A DNA stretch of 64,000 bases from Patescibacteria group bacterium (GCA_030916965.1 JAUPVQ010000012.1:776-64775), one strand, 5' to 3'; shown: positions 1-9,930, numbered from the stretch's first letter. Made by a program: numbers and translations. The notes: generated by a model from the sequence alone, not told the origin.

Positions 1-1155
1 ATTTTCTATCTCGCCTACCACACCATCGCCAAATACTTCTTTGAAATTCTCTACCTTATATATAAATGCATTATTTTCTTTTGAATATTTTACAAATGAC
101 CGCGCAAGAATGTGCGACGAGCCAAGATCAAGCGAGCTTGCAATACCCATTACATCCGATCCATCTTTAAATATATTTATTTTATGAACTGCCGGCACAC
201 CCATTGTGATAGTACCGGTCTTGTCGAAAAGCATCCCTTTCACTCTAGACAATTTCTCGAGTGCTCCACCATCCTTTATAATCACGCCACGCTTAGCAGA
301 ACGACTCATGCCAGAGATAATGGCAATTGGGGTTGCAAGTATCAGCGGGCAAGGTGTCGCAACCACAAGCACTGCTAGCACTCGAGTCCAATCACGAAAA
401 ATGAACCATGTTATAGCTCCTATAACAAATGTAACAACTGTAAAAAATACTGCGTACTTGTCTGCAAGGCGCACAATTGGCGCTCTGGATTCCGAAGCAC
501 TTTTTACAAGTGATACAATCTTGGCATAATGACTATCACTTGCCTTTTTGAGTGCTTTTATTGTCAGCATCCCACTTGTATTCTCCGTACCTGAAGACAC
601 ATGCATGCCAACAGTCTTGTCTTGAGGTATTGATTCCCCTGTTAGACTCGATTCATCTACGAGAGATGTGCCAGTTATAATTACCCCATCAACTGGAATA
701 ATAGTCCCTGATTTGATTAGAATTTCATCACCAATATTTACATCCTCTATACGCACATCGTGATGCACACCATCTACTATTTTTATAGCATGTGTTGGTG
801 CCCGAGCGAGCAATCTAGTCAATTCATATTTAGCCTTGCTCATGGCATAAGTTTCCAATGTCTGACCACCAGACAGCATAAGCACTACCACAAGTCCTGC
901 CAGATTTTCACCAAGTAAAAATGCTCCCACTATGGCAACTCCCGCTATCAAGTCCACTCCGAAGTGCCCTCGAACAATACTTTTGATAATTCCATACAAA
1001 ATTGGCAAGCTCAAGACTGCAAGTGATATATTGAAAAATATTTTCAGAGTATCAATAAAACCAAATAAATAAAAAAATCCTCCAAGTGCGAGCACAAGCA
1101 GGGTTAAAATTGCGACCCAAGTTTCGAAACTAAATTTTTTAAGAGAGTTAATCAT
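1..1155 (-). CDS. Heavy-metal/cation P-type ATPase (P1B family), N-terminal ~385 aa. The gene runs off the left edge of the window (partial).
   Basis: Minus-strand ORF starting at ATG 1155 and open to position 1. Translation shows N-terminal TM helices, the TGES actuator motif, the TM6 motif ATPCPLILATP (PCP variant of the CPx motif) and the phosphorylation site DKTGTIT. It is absent from the ORF track only because no stop codon lies in the window. Confidence 0.85.
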   Translation of the reverse strand, partial: MINSLKKFSFETWVAILTLLVLALGGFFYLFGFIDTLKIFFNISLAVLSLPILYGIIKSIVRGHFGVDLIAGVAIVGAFLLGENLAGLVVVLMLSGGQTLETYAMSKAKYELTRLLARAPTHAIKIVDGVHHDVRIEDVNIGDEILIKSGTIIPVDGVIITGTSLVDESSLTGESIPQDKTVGMHVSSGTENTSGMLTIKALKKASDSHYAKIVSLVKSASESRAPIVRLADKYAVFFTVVTFVIGAITWFIFRDWTRVLAVLVVATPCPLILATPIAIISGMSRSAKRGVIIKDGGALEKLSRVKGMLFDKTGTITMGVPAVHKINIFKDGSDVMGIASSLDLGSSHILARSFVKYSKENNAFIYKVENFKEVFGDGVVGEIEN

Positions 1156-1184
1156 ATATACATTATACTACAAAAAAGAAAAAA

Positions 1185-1214
1185 GGAACGTTGCTACAAC
1201 GTTCCTTTTTTTAA
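1185..1214. terminator. Bidirectional intrinsic terminator-like hairpin
   Basis: aaaaaGGAACGTTGctaCAACGTTCCtttttt: perfect 10-bp stem flanked by an A-run and a T-run, lying between two minus-strand genes. Confidence 0.5.
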
Positions 1215-1240
1215 TTAAATGCTTATAAATTTCAAAAATC

Positions 1241-1732
1241 TTATATCCCGATACTTGTACAAGCATCATATGGTTTATTTTTTGAGAAACTTATGTTCCA
1301 CAAATTGCTATAGGCTTGTTCAAATTCCGCCTCTGAGGAATTAAAAAGTATCACTCTCAGCAATTTATTTTCAAATTTAAACCAATGAATTGAAACCTGT
1401 ACAGGATCCCCTAGGTCGGCCCATGCCTGTTCAGATTTAATCGGTTTAATTTTACTAGCGCATAGTGTTTGTAAAAAGTTAAGAAAATCTTTTTTAAAGG
1501 AAATTCTGCTTTCACCAGTAAGAACCATAATAGTCGATCGAATCTGTCCTTCAGATTGTAATTCTTTTGGTACATATTCATCAGGGATATGTCTGGTTTC
1601 GTGATGAACATAAGCTGAATTTTCAAGAAAATTTTCTACACCTTTTAAAAAGATGTCGTGGTTATCTAATTTGATAACCATGGGTTTAACTTTTTTAAAA
1701 GCCCGGTCAGGTTCAGTGGTTTCTTGTGCCAT
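1241..1732 (-). CDS. Hypothetical protein (163 aa), no recognisable motifs
   Basis: Clean ORF with coding-like composition between the ATPase and the histidine kinase. No signal peptide or TM segment. Confidence 0.45.
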   Translation of the reverse strand: MAQETTEPDRAFKKVKPMVIKLDNHDIFLKGVENFLENSAYVHHETRHIPDEYVPKELQSEGQIRSTIMVLTGESRISFKKDFLNFLQTLCASKIKPIKSEQAWADLGDPVQVSIHWFKFENKLLRVILFNSSEAEFEQAYSNLWNISFSKNKPYDACTSIGI

Positions 1733-1833
1733 GTGGTTTTTGATTTAAGGGTTAATTTTTTTTATATTATAAATGAATTCAAATATAAGTCAATCTTGAT
1801 TAAGTGTGTACAAATAAATAATATGCTATAATT

Positions 1834-2589
1834 TTGTCTATAAATATGGATGATATAGAGGGTTTAAAAAAGGAAATAGAAATACTAAAGAATTCCAATG
1901 CAGTCAAATCTGATTTGATCTCTATTTCTGCGCACCAGCTCCGTACATCGCTCTCTGCTCTCAAATGGATATTGAAAATGTTCCTAGATAAAGACCTCGG
2001 TGCAATGTCGCCTGAACAAGAAGGCTTTATCAAAAAGGCCTCAGATAGCAATGACCGTATGATTGCACTCGTAAATGATATGCTAACACTCAGCCATGCC
2101 GAGGATACAGCATTATCTTTTAAATTTTCACCGACTGATATTATCAAATTAGCAGAGCAGACATTATTTGAATTCTCTGGCGAATCCCACAAGAAGCAAA
2201 TTGAAATCATCTTTCTCAAGCCCGACCACCAAGTACCTACCATAGATTGCGATCCCGAGATGATCCGTGTTGTATTCCAGAATCTGACCGAGAATGCCAT
2301 CAAGTACAGCGATGCTGGAGACAAAGTTGTCCTATCAATCAAGGAGGCCGAAGGCTCACTGGAAATATCGGTACACGATAATGGTATTGGTATAGACAAA
2401 AAGGAGCAAGACCAAATCTTTGGCAAATTCTTCCGTGCCGAAAATGCCAAAACAAAAGATGCTATCGGGTCAGGACTTGGTCTATTTACTATCAAAAAGA
2501 TAATCGAACACCACAAAGGCAAAATCTGGTTTGAAAGCACACGCGAAACTGGGACAACATTCTTTGTCTCATTGCCTACAAACAAATAA
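1834..2589 (+). CDS. Sensor histidine kinase, cytoplasmic (no TM region), HisKA + HATPase_c
   Basis: H-box SAHQLRTSLSALKW. N-box NLTENAIKYS. G1 HDNGIGID. F/G2 FGKFFRA...GSGLGLFTIKKIIEHHKGKIWFES. Confidence 0.85.
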   Translation: MSINMDDIEGLKKEIEILKNSNAVKSDLISISAHQLRTSLSALKWILKMFLDKDLGAMSPEQEGFIKKASDSNDRMIALVNDMLTLSHAEDTALSFKFSPTDIIKLAEQTLFEFSGESHKKQIEIIFLKPDHQVPTIDCDPEMIRVVFQNLTENAIKYSDAGDKVVLSIKEAEGSLEISVHDNGIGIDKKEQDQIFGKFFRAENAKTKDAIGSGLGLFTIKKIIEHHKGKIWFESTRETGTTFFVSLPTNK

Positions 2590-2607
2590 ATGCTATAATA
2601 CAAACAT

Positions 2608-2973
2608 ATGAGTAAAATACTAATAATCGAAGATGATCCATTCCTTCAGGGCCTCGAGGCAAGCAAGCTTACAAAAGACGGCTACGACATACTTGTAGCT
2701 TCAAGTGGAGACGAAGCAATGAGCAAGATCAATGAGCCAGATATTAATTTAATACTTCTCGACCTTGTTCTACCCAATTTCGATGGCTTCCAAGTTCTAG
2801 AGAAGATTCGTGCAACAGACGCGACAAAAACATTACCTGTTATTGTATTCTCCAATTTATCAGAAGCAAAAGATACAAAAAAGGCCCAAGAATTGGGTGC
2901 AACAGACTTCATGGTTAAGTCCAACTTCACGCTCGACGAACTCGTAGATCGTATCAAAATGATACTAAAATAA
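2608..2973 (+). CDS. Stand-alone response regulator receiver (CheY-like, 121 aa)
   Basis: LIIEDDPFL...LILLDLVLPNFDGF (phospho-acceptor Asp)...VIVFSNL...K. No output domain. Confidence 0.85.
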   Translation: MSKILIIEDDPFLQGLEASKLTKDGYDILVASSGDEAMSKINEPDINLILLDLVLPNFDGFQVLEKIRATDATKTLPVIVFSNLSEAKDTKKAQELGATDFMVKSNFTLDELVDRIKMILK

Positions 2974-2985
2974 ATACTTAATAAA

Positions 2986-5157
2986 ATGAAGCTAAATGAT
3001 AAATTAGAAATTCATTTTCGTATAAATGAGAGTCAAAAAAAGGCCCTAATTAAACTGGGGCTTTTTAATATCAAGGATATCCTCTATTTCTTCCCTACTC
3101 GATATACTGACATCTCAGATATTCGTCATATCAACACTTTGCAAGACGGAGAGAATGTAACAATTCTTGGAGAAATTTCTAACCTCAAAACTAAAAAAAG
3201 TTTCAAGTCCAAGATCCCTATGGGCGAGGCTACGATTACCGATATAACAGGCAAAATTCATATCATCTGGTTTCATCAACCATACTTGGCTAGAATGCTT
3301 ACAGAAGGAGCATTGGTGAAAGTTACAGGCAAAGTTACAAATAATGCGACTTATGGATTAACACTTACAAACCCAGAAATTTCAAAAGAAGATATTTTAC
3401 CAATTGATTTATCGGATTCACTTTTTACAAATAATAAAAATGCCGAGCAATATGGCTACCCTGTTTACCCAGAATCAAAAGGTGTCACGAGTAAATGGAT
3501 ATATCACACAATTTGCAAAATTTTGAAAGATGTTTGCGTACAAGAAATTATTGATTATTTGCCCAGCGATATTCTAAAGAAATATCATTTACCCGAGTTA
3601 AGAACTGCGCTCATCTGGATCCATATGCCACAGAAGAAGGATCATGCAGATAGCGCTCGCAAAAGATTTGCATTTGAAGAAGTCTTTTTTATCCAACTCG
3701 CACGGTTGCAGGAGCGCAAGGCTTATGAGGAACTCTTCTCTTACAAACTTCAAATTCCACATAAAGATATTGATGATTTTATTTCTAGGTTCCCTTTCAC
3801 CCCAACAGCAAGCCAAAATAATGCAATCAATTCTATACTTTCCGACTTCCAGAAAAATGTGGCTATGTCGCGATTAGTCGAGGGTGATGTAGGTAGTGGC
3901 AAGACATTTGTCGCGGCTACAGTTGCATATGCAGTGATAAAAAATAGGCCTGTGGGGCAAACTTTCGGTAACATTCAGGTGGCATATATGGCACCGACGG
4001 AAGTATTGGCAACTCAGCTGTTCGAAAATTTCATTTCATATTTCCGCCATACAGGTATAAACATTGCACTCATAACAGGATCAGGTTGTCGTAAATTTCC
4101 AAGCAAAGTCGCAAGTGCGAGAGATGACTGGACCAATATTTCCAAGAATCAATTACTCAAATGGATAAAGAATGGTGAGATTCCTATTGTCATCGGTACA
4201 CATGCACTTATCTCCAAAAGCGTAGAATTCGAAGACTTGGGTTTGGTAATTATCGACGAGCAACACCGCTTCGGTACTAATCAGAGAATGAAATTAGCAA
4301 AGAAAGAAGGTCACGCACCGCACTATCTATCTATGACTGCAACCCCTATTCCCCGTACACTCGCGCTCACAATATATGGAGATTTGGATTTATCTATCAT
4401 CAATGAAATGCCAGCCGGTAGGAAAAAAGTGATCACAGAAATTGTGCCACCCAACAAGCGCGATGAGGCTTACGAAAAAATTCGTAAAGAATTAGCGGAA
4501 GGTCGCCAAGCGTATGTAATTTGTCCGCGGATAAATGAGCCCGATCCAGATCAAGAGCGAGCTCTACAAATGAAGAATGTGACAAGCGAGGCCAAGCGTT
4601 TACAAAAGGATATCTTTCCTGAATATAAAATTGGCATCATGCATAGCAAGATGACCAAACAGAAAAAGGAGGAAGTCATGGAAGAATTTGCCAATCATGA
4701 AATTGATATCTTGGTTTCTACATCTGTCATCGAAGTTGGCGTGAATGTACCAAATGCAACATCGATAATCATCGAAGGTGCAGAAAGGTTCGGCCTCGCC
4801 CAGCTCCACCAGCTCCGAGGACGAGTCATACGAAGTAATCATCAATCATATTGTTACTTATTCGCTGAAGCAAAAACCGAGAAAACAATGGATCGCCTCC
4901 AAGCCCTCACAAAAGCTGCCAATGGATTCGAACTTGCCGAACTCGACCTCACTCTCCGCGGCGCAGGCCAGATGTCTGGTGACAAACAATGGGGTATAAG
5001 TGACTTAGGGATGGAAGCAATAAAAAATATAAAATTAGTCGAGGCAGCACGTAATACAGCAAAAGAAATTATAGAGGACGATCCTCATCTAAATGCCCTC
5101 CCACACCTTGCCCAAGCCCTAAAAGAAAAAAATCTAAAAGACCTACATTTTGAATAA
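2986..5157 (+). CDS. recG: ATP-dependent DNA helicase RecG
   Basis: 723 aa. N-terminal wedge/OB region, Walker A GDVGSGKT, DEQHRFG (motif II), TATPIPRTL and C-terminal helicase motifs. Confidence 0.9.
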   Translation: MKLNDKLEIHFRINESQKKALIKLGLFNIKDILYFFPTRYTDISDIRHINTLQDGENVTILGEISNLKTKKSFKSKIPMGEATITDITGKIHIIWFHQPYLARMLTEGALVKVTGKVTNNATYGLTLTNPEISKEDILPIDLSDSLFTNNKNAEQYGYPVYPESKGVTSKWIYHTICKILKDVCVQEIIDYLPSDILKKYHLPELRTALIWIHMPQKKDHADSARKRFAFEEVFFIQLARLQERKAYEELFSYKLQIPHKDIDDFISRFPFTPTASQNNAINSILSDFQKNVAMSRLVEGDVGSGKTFVAATVAYAVIKNRPVGQTFGNIQVAYMAPTEVLATQLFENFISYFRHTGINIALITGSGCRKFPSKVASARDDWTNISKNQLLKWIKNGEIPIVIGTHALISKSVEFEDLGLVIIDEQHRFGTNQRMKLAKKEGHAPHYLSMTATPIPRTLALTIYGDLDLSIINEMPAGRKKVITEIVPPNKRDEAYEKIRKELAEGRQAYVICPRINEPDPDQERALQMKNVTSEAKRLQKDIFPEYKIGIMHSKMTKQKKEEVMEEFANHEIDILVSTSVIEVGVNVPNATSIIIEGAERFGLAQLHQLRGRVIRSNHQSYCYLFAEAKTEKTMDRLQALTKAANGFELAELDLTLRGAGQMSGDKQWGISDLGMEAIKNIKLVEAARNTAKEIIEDDPHLNALPHLAQALKEKNLKDLHFE

Positions 5158-5158
5158 A

Positions 5159-5191
5159 AAAACTCCCATATTGGGAGTTTTTTTGTGGTCG
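5159..5191 (+). terminator. Intrinsic terminator after recG
   Basis: ACTCCCAtattGGGAGT hairpin followed by TTTTTTT. Confidence 0.55.
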
Positions 5192-5225
5192 AATTATTAT
5201 TTATTATGATTTATTTAAGATATTA

Positions 5226-5684
5226 CTAGAAACCAAAGCCCATTCCCATACCATGACCCATTCCTCCTTTGCCCTTACCTTTTTTGTCTTTCATTTTATC
5301 TGCCATTTTTTGCATTGTGGCAAGACGTGCATCGGCTTGAGCCTGAGTGATCACACCTTTATCTACAAGAGTTTGTAGGTGCGTTTTCATCTCTGCTTGG
5401 TGCGCTGCTTTCATTTTAGCTTTCAAAACTTCCTCAGTAATTCCCTTCTGCTTTGCGAGCTCTTTGAAGCTTGTACCGTTTGCCCACGCAGTTTTGACTT
5501 CATCAACGGTTGCACCTATCAGGGTTGCTTGCTGTTGGAACATCTGTGTGTGCATTGTTGCTACCTGCTCAGGTGTGACATTTTTGTTCATGCCACCACC
5601 AAATGCCTCGGCTGAGCCTGCTCCTATTAGGAGTGCTAATGCTAGTGCTGGTAAGCTATATTTAAGTAATTTGTTTTTATTCAT
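5226..5684 (-). CDS. Secreted periplasmic Spy/CpxP/ZraP-like protein with a Gly/Met/His-rich C-terminal tail
   Basis: Signal peptide MNKNKLLKYSLPALALALLIGAGSAEA. Helical body with LTxxQ-like motifs (VTPEQ, ITEE). C-terminus KKGKGKGGMGHGMGMGFGF resembles the metal-binding tail of ZraP. Confidence 0.5.
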   Translation of the reverse strand: MNKNKLLKYSLPALALALLIGAGSAEAFGGGMNKNVTPEQVATMHTQMFQQQATLIGATVDEVKTAWANGTSFKELAKQKGITEEVLKAKMKAAHQAEMKTHLQTLVDKGVITQAQADARLATMQKMADKMKDKKGKGKGGMGHGMGMGFGF

Positions 5685-5772
5685 ATTTATTATTTTACTT
5701 TCTTAAGTTAATAATGTTGCAAGGATATCGCTTGCATATACTACTACATTTCAAATAATAAAATATTTCAAA

Positions 5773-6330
5773 TTAATCTCTTTCTATATGCTCTGGTCCC
5801 CTCACTTTGTTTTCGAATCTTTCAAAACGCTCTCTTTCCATCATCTCTCCACGATAATACTTGTGCATAGGCCCAAGGATTGGGGTACGAGGACCTTCTC
5901 CAAAGCGAGCAAATCTGAAATTCATGTCAAAAATATGGACAATAATACCAGTAAACAAAACAAAGAATATTAATCCAAAAAAGCTATACACAAGTGGCTT
6001 CCTATAAACAAAAGAATATTGTTTAACTAATATATAAAATGTCATTAATAGAAACATTGAAAGTAGAACAATAACCCAAGGTATTGCTACCATAAATGCA
6101 CGCATTCCCCGAGGACTAAGATCAAGTATATTGAAATCTTTTTCGTGAGTTACCAACCCGATGAAGTTCAGCAAGTACACAATTACAAAAAACAAAATAA
6201 TAATCGATAGAACTCGCAATATTGTCTTTAATACAAAATGCCATTTGGGCTTCATTATAATCTTCCCTGACTTAATAGAACTAGTGACAAATTCTTCTAT
6301 TGAATTGTTGTGATTATTTTTCATATACAA
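5773..6330 (-). CDS. 3-TM membrane protein overlapping the end of the ECF sigma gene. Possible anti-sigma factor (inference).
   Basis: Three hydrophobic helices, charged cytoplasmic tail, 17-nt overlap with the upstream sigma factor gene. Confidence 0.4.
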   Translation of the reverse strand: MYMKNNHNNSIEEFVTSSIKSGKIIMKPKWHFVLKTILRVLSIIILFFVIVYLLNFIGLVTHEKDFNILDLSPRGMRAFMVAIPWVIVLLSMFLLMTFYILVKQYSFVYRKPLVYSFFGLIFFVLFTGIIVHIFDMNFRFARFGEGPRTPILGPMHKYYRGEMMERERFERFENKVRGPEHIERD

Positions 6331-6886
6331 AATTGTTTTTTTCTAATATTTCTTTTAATTTCTCCTTGCCCCTTTTAATACGCACACCCACAGTCGACGC
6401 TGGTATGCCCAATATTTGTGATATTTCCTTGTAATCCATGTCTTCATAAAAATACAATATAAGTGGCTCACGATATTTCTCACCTATCATATCCATATGT
6501 TTGTCGAGCATCTCTTTTGTAAACATTTTCTCGCTATCAGCATCTGCTGTCTCAGTAGCCTTCGGATGTGGGAGGAATGTGTCAAAATCAATCGAGAATA
6601 CTTTGTCAGTCAACTTTTTCTTCAAAGCATTTACATATGTATTGTGAGCGATACGATATATCCATGGCGAGAACTTACGATCATCGTCGAAGCTTTGCAA
6701 ATTAACATAAGCTTTGATAAAAACATCTTGGACCAAGTCGTCGGTATCGTTGCGTCCAAAAAGGAATTTATGAGCATAGCGTTGCATCTTGGTCTCATAC
6801 CTTTTAACAAGCGCGCCATATAGCTCAAGATTCCCTTTCTTGATCAAAAGAACTATTTCCTCGTCAGTTTTATTAGTATAATCCAT
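6314..6886 (-). CDS. ECF-type sigma-70 family RNA polymerase sigma factor
   Basis: Region 2 (DLVQDVFIKAYVNL...SPWIYRIAHNTYVN) and region 4 (DYKEISQILGIPASTVGVRIKRGKEKL). The track ORF extends to 6994. MDYTNK at about 6886 is the more likely start. Confidence 0.75.
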   Translation of the reverse strand: MDYTNKTDEEIVLLIKKGNLELYGALVKRYETKMQRYAHKFLFGRNDTDDLVQDVFIKAYVNLQSFDDDRKFSPWIYRIAHNTYVNALKKKLTDKVFSIDFDTFLPHPKATETADADSEKMFTKEMLDKHMDMIGEKYREPLILYFYEDMDYKEISQILGIPASTVGVRIKRGKEKLKEILEKNNFVYEK

Positions 6887-6945
6887 CCTATACACTATAA
6901 TACACCATAGACAGATTTTTATTTCAAAATATAAATTATTAAGTC

Positions 6946-7668
6946 TTGTGCTATAATCAAAAAATGACGATTTTATACCTTGCAGGAATTTCAATTATAC
7001 CAATCTTAGTAGCCCTTTTATTCCCTAAGAATAAAGACTTTTTCCAGCGTCATGCTGTAAAAGGCTTTGGGTTGGGGGTTTACTTAATGCTTGTGGTACT
7101 ACTTTTGCGTGAAGCTATAGAGCATAGTGGGTTTGTAAATGGAAGCTTGCTATTCGCCTGTGGTCTTGTAATCAGTTTATTGATTGGGGTTGTATTCAAA
7201 GAATTCCACCATCACCACAATGACGAGGAAAAGGCTCATAGTCATAACAAGAGTAGTATCTGGAGAGTTCTCATTTCAGACTTTTTCCATAATATCGTAG
7301 ATGGTATTGCTATCATTGCCGGATTCGCAGTAAATATTGGAGCAGGTATTACATCCTTCCTTGGAATCCTAGGACATCAAACAATCCAACAAGCTGGTCA
7401 GCAAGTGCTGTTGGTAGAAAACAAAATAAAACCACAAAAAGCAATTTTTATTTCATTTATGGTTTCCCTTTCCATATTTTTAAGTTTCCTATTTAAAGAT
7501 AACGAGACTCTTGAAATAATCTTCACTGCACTATCAGCTGGCATAGTCGCATGGAAAGTAGCGGTAGATATGATGCACGCGAAATGGAACAAGAAAATGA
7601 TTGTAGGGTTTATGATAGGAGCAATAATACTAGCACTTATACTAGTCCTTATCCCGCATGAGCATTAG
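6946..7668 (+). CDS. ZIP-family (ZupT-like) divalent metal transporter
   Basis: Polytopic membrane protein with a His-rich loop EFHHHHNDEEKAHSH and the TM4-like motif FFHNIVDGIAI (HNxxDG). Alternative start at MTILYL (6964). Confidence 0.65.
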   Translation: MCYNQKMTILYLAGISIIPILVALLFPKNKDFFQRHAVKGFGLGVYLMLVVLLLREAIEHSGFVNGSLLFACGLVISLLIGVVFKEFHHHHNDEEKAHSHNKSSIWRVLISDFFHNIVDGIAIIAGFAVNIGAGITSFLGILGHQTIQQAGQQVLLVENKIKPQKAIFISFMVSLSIFLSFLFKDNETLEIIFTALSAGIVAWKVAVDMMHAKWNKKMIVGFMIGAIILALILVLIPHEH

Positions 7669-7880
7669 AAGTATTTAGAAAATTCTGGATTTGTGGTCAG
7701 AGATAATTTATTCGTCGTCACTCATAAATTTCCCCGACCCTGACTCACCCGTTTTGCTTACTAGCAAAACATGACTCCGTCTCGCACAATGTGGTCACAA
7801 ATATTTTTCTGTTGAAAAATTTCGCGACCCCGGCTCGGCACCGACGTGCCTGCGCCTCGCACAAAATCTCCCAGATTTTG

Positions 7881-7954
7881 TGCGCCCTCATGGATTCGAA
7901 CCATGGACCCCAGAGGTATAAGCTCTGTGCTCTAACCAACTGAGCTAAGGGCGC
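7881..7954 (-). tRNA. tRNA-Ile with anticodon UAU (reads AUA)
   Basis: Hand-folded cloverleaf: acceptor GCGCCCT/AGGGCGC, D-arm GCTC-AGTTGGTTA-GAGC, anticodon stem CAGAG/CTCTG with loop CTTATAC (U33, A37), T-arm CATGG-TTCGAAT-CCATG, discriminator A. No encoded CCA. Confidence 0.8.
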
Positions 7955-8001
7955 ATAAATACTCTCCTATATTAGCAGAATTTGGACAATTAGTAAAACA
8001 C

Positions 8002-8030
8002 AAAAAACTCATAGAATTTCTATGAGTTTT
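8002..8030 (-). terminator. Intrinsic terminator overlapping the ftsH stop codon
   Basis: AACTCATAGAaatttCTATGAGTT stem followed by a T-run on the minus strand. Confidence 0.5.
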
Positions 8031-9930
8031 TTGTTTCTTCTCTTAATTTTGGAGTTATACCAAATGATTTTATTACTTCATTGTATTCATCCTGTTCGAG
8101 AGTTTCTACCTCTATCAACTTCTTGGCAATTGCATCCAGTACTTCCCTTTTCTCAGTCAGTACTGTTCTTGCAACTTCAAATGCGTTGTTCATGATCTTA
8201 CTTACTTCTTCATCTATCAATCCACTAACTCTCTCGCTGTATTCATTGTCATTTACTCCACGACCAAACATTGTCTTGCCACCATCACTCTCGAGTGCTA
8301 TTGGGCCAATGCTTGTACTCATACCCCATCGTGTCACCATCGCTCGGGCAAGATTTGTAGCCACCTGTAGATCGTTCGATGGACCTGTTGTAATATCTCC
8401 AAAAATCATCTCCTCTGCAACATAGCCACCGAGTGACATTGCAATGTCATCTAGGAATTCTTTCTTGCTATGTAATCTTTTATCTTCAAGTGGTAGCTTG
8501 AGTGTGTAACCGCCAGCATTGCCACGCGAAACTATAGAGACTTTGTGTACTGGGTCAGCATACTCAAGACATGATGCCACGAGTGCGTGGCCGCCTTCGT
8601 GATACGCTGTAATTTCTTTTTCTTTTTTTGAAAGTATGTGACTCTTGCGCTCTGGGCCCATCATAACTTTCTCAATAGAACGAACGAGATCAAACTGCGA
8701 AACCATTTTGTGATTTTCACGTGCAGCCAATATTGCAGCTTCGTTCATAAGTGAGGAAAGGTCTGCTCCTGAGAATCCAGGTGTACGCTCCGCAATAACT
8801 TTAATATTTACATCTTTCTCTAATGGCTTCTTTATGCAATGAATTGCTAGTATTGCTTCCCGGTCGGCTCTGTCTGGTAGATCGAGCACTACACGCCTAT
8901 CAAAGCGCCCTGGGCGCAATAATGCAGGGTCTAGGACATCCGAGCGGTTGGTTGCTGCCATTACTATCACTTTCTCATTTGGCTCAAATCCGTCCATTTC
9001 AACAAGTATCTGGTTGAGTGTCTGCTCGCGCTCGTCATTACCACCACCAACTCCAGTGCCACGCACACGGCCCACAGCATCGATCTCGTCGATAAATACA
9101 ATTGCTGGTGATGCCTTCTTGGCCATCTTGAAAAGATCTCGCACGCGACTTGCACCCACACCCACAAACATTTCTACGAATTCACTTCCTGATAGGTGGA
9201 AGAATGGCACACCCGCCTCGCCTGCTACTGCTCGTGCAAGCAATGTCTTACCTGTACCTGGTGCACCTGTGAGTAATACTCCTTTTGGAATCTTGGCACC
9301 AATATCGAGGAACTTTTTAGGATTCTTTAGGAAGTCTACAATTTCTTCAAGTTCTATTTTTGCTTCTTTTGCACCGGCGACATCTTTGAATGTCACACGA
9401 TTGTTTATGTCATTTGGATCAGTGATACGAGCTTTGGATTGGCCGAAGTTGAATGCTTGCATTCCAGCACCCTTTACTTGGCGAGTCAGCATCCAGATGA
9501 AAAATACTACGAGTATTACTGGCAAGGCAAATGGCAAAATATTCAATAGCCAGTAACCAAATCCACTTTCATTTTTGATTTCAATCGGGGTAGTATTTAA
9601 TTGTGCTGGTGTAACTCCGTATCTTACGAGTGTATCAGAGAGTGCACTCTCGGGCTCTTTTTTTGCCTCAGCTTTTGTTCCATCTTTCAAATCAATATTT
9701 ACCTTCTCGCCTTCCACTACAATCTTATCTATTTTATTTTCTGTAATATTCTTTGCTACGTCAGACAATGTAAATTGAGCAATTTTCTCATCTGGCTTTG
9801 AAATAGCAGAATACAAAACTACAATCACCATAAAAATAAGGATTGCAGACATTATTTGAGTACCCGGCCGGCTTGGTTTCTGTGTTGGTTTTTTGTCTTT
9901 ATGTTCTTTCATACGAGTCATTATACACAA
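8020..9930 (-). CDS. ftsH: ATP-dependent zinc metalloprotease FtsH
   Basis: TM anchor, AAA+ Walker [24 protein letters not shown], Walker [15 protein letters not shown], Zn-binding HEGGHALV. The N-terminus may start at an internal Met (MSAIL). Confidence 0.9.
   Translation of the reverse strand: MCIMTRMKEHKDKKPTQKPSRPGTQIMSAILIFMVIVVLYSAISKPDEKIAQFTLSDVAKNITENKIDKIVVEGEKVNIDLKDGTKAEAKKEPESALSDTLVRYGVTPAQLNTTPIEIKNESGFGYWLLNILPFALPVILVVFFIWMLTRQVKGAGMQAFNFGQSKARITDPNDINNRVTFKDVAGAKEAKIELEEIVDFLKNPKKFLDIGAKIPKGVLLTGAPGTGKTLLARAVAGEAGVPFFHLSGSEFVEMFVGVGASRVRDLFKMAKKASPAIVFIDEIDAVGRVRGTGVGGGNDEREQTLNQILVEMDGFEPNEKVIVMAATNRSDVLDPALLRPGRFDRRVVLDLPDRADREAILAIHCIKKPLEKDVNIKVIAERTPGFSGADLSSLMNEAAILAARENHKMVSQFDLVRSIEKVMMGPERKSHILSKKEKEITAYHEGGHALVASCLEYADPVHKVSIVSRGNAGGYTLKLPLEDKRLHSKKEFLDDIAMSLGGYVAEEMIFGDITTGPSNDLQVATNLARAMVTRWGMSTSIGPIALESDGGKTMFGRGVNDNEYSERVSGLIDEEVSKIMNNAFEVARTVLTEKREVLDAIAKKLIEVETLEQDEYNEVIKSFGITPKLREETKNS

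Noticed and set aside
1800-2603. 267-aa minus-strand ORF
   Set aside because: It fully overlaps the histidine-kinase gene, which has all H/N/G1/F/G2 boxes. It is an antisense artefact.
6946-6994. Apparent overlap of the ECF sigma ORF (track end 6994) with the ZIP transporter start
   Set aside because: The track extends the sigma ORF to the most upstream in-frame start. MDYTNK (about 6886) fits sigma-70 region 2 spacing and removes the overlap, leaving a normal divergent promoter region.
7745-7939. 64-aa minus-strand ORF
   Set aside because: It overlaps the tRNA-Ile gene and the GC-rich structured intergenic region. The sequence is better explained as RNA.
8948-9556. 202-aa plus-strand ORF, and several shorter ones, antisense to ftsH
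   Set aside because: It lies entirely inside and opposite the strongly supported ftsH CDS. It has Ser/Pro/Thr-rich low-complexity translation typical of antisense frames and no recognisable motifs.
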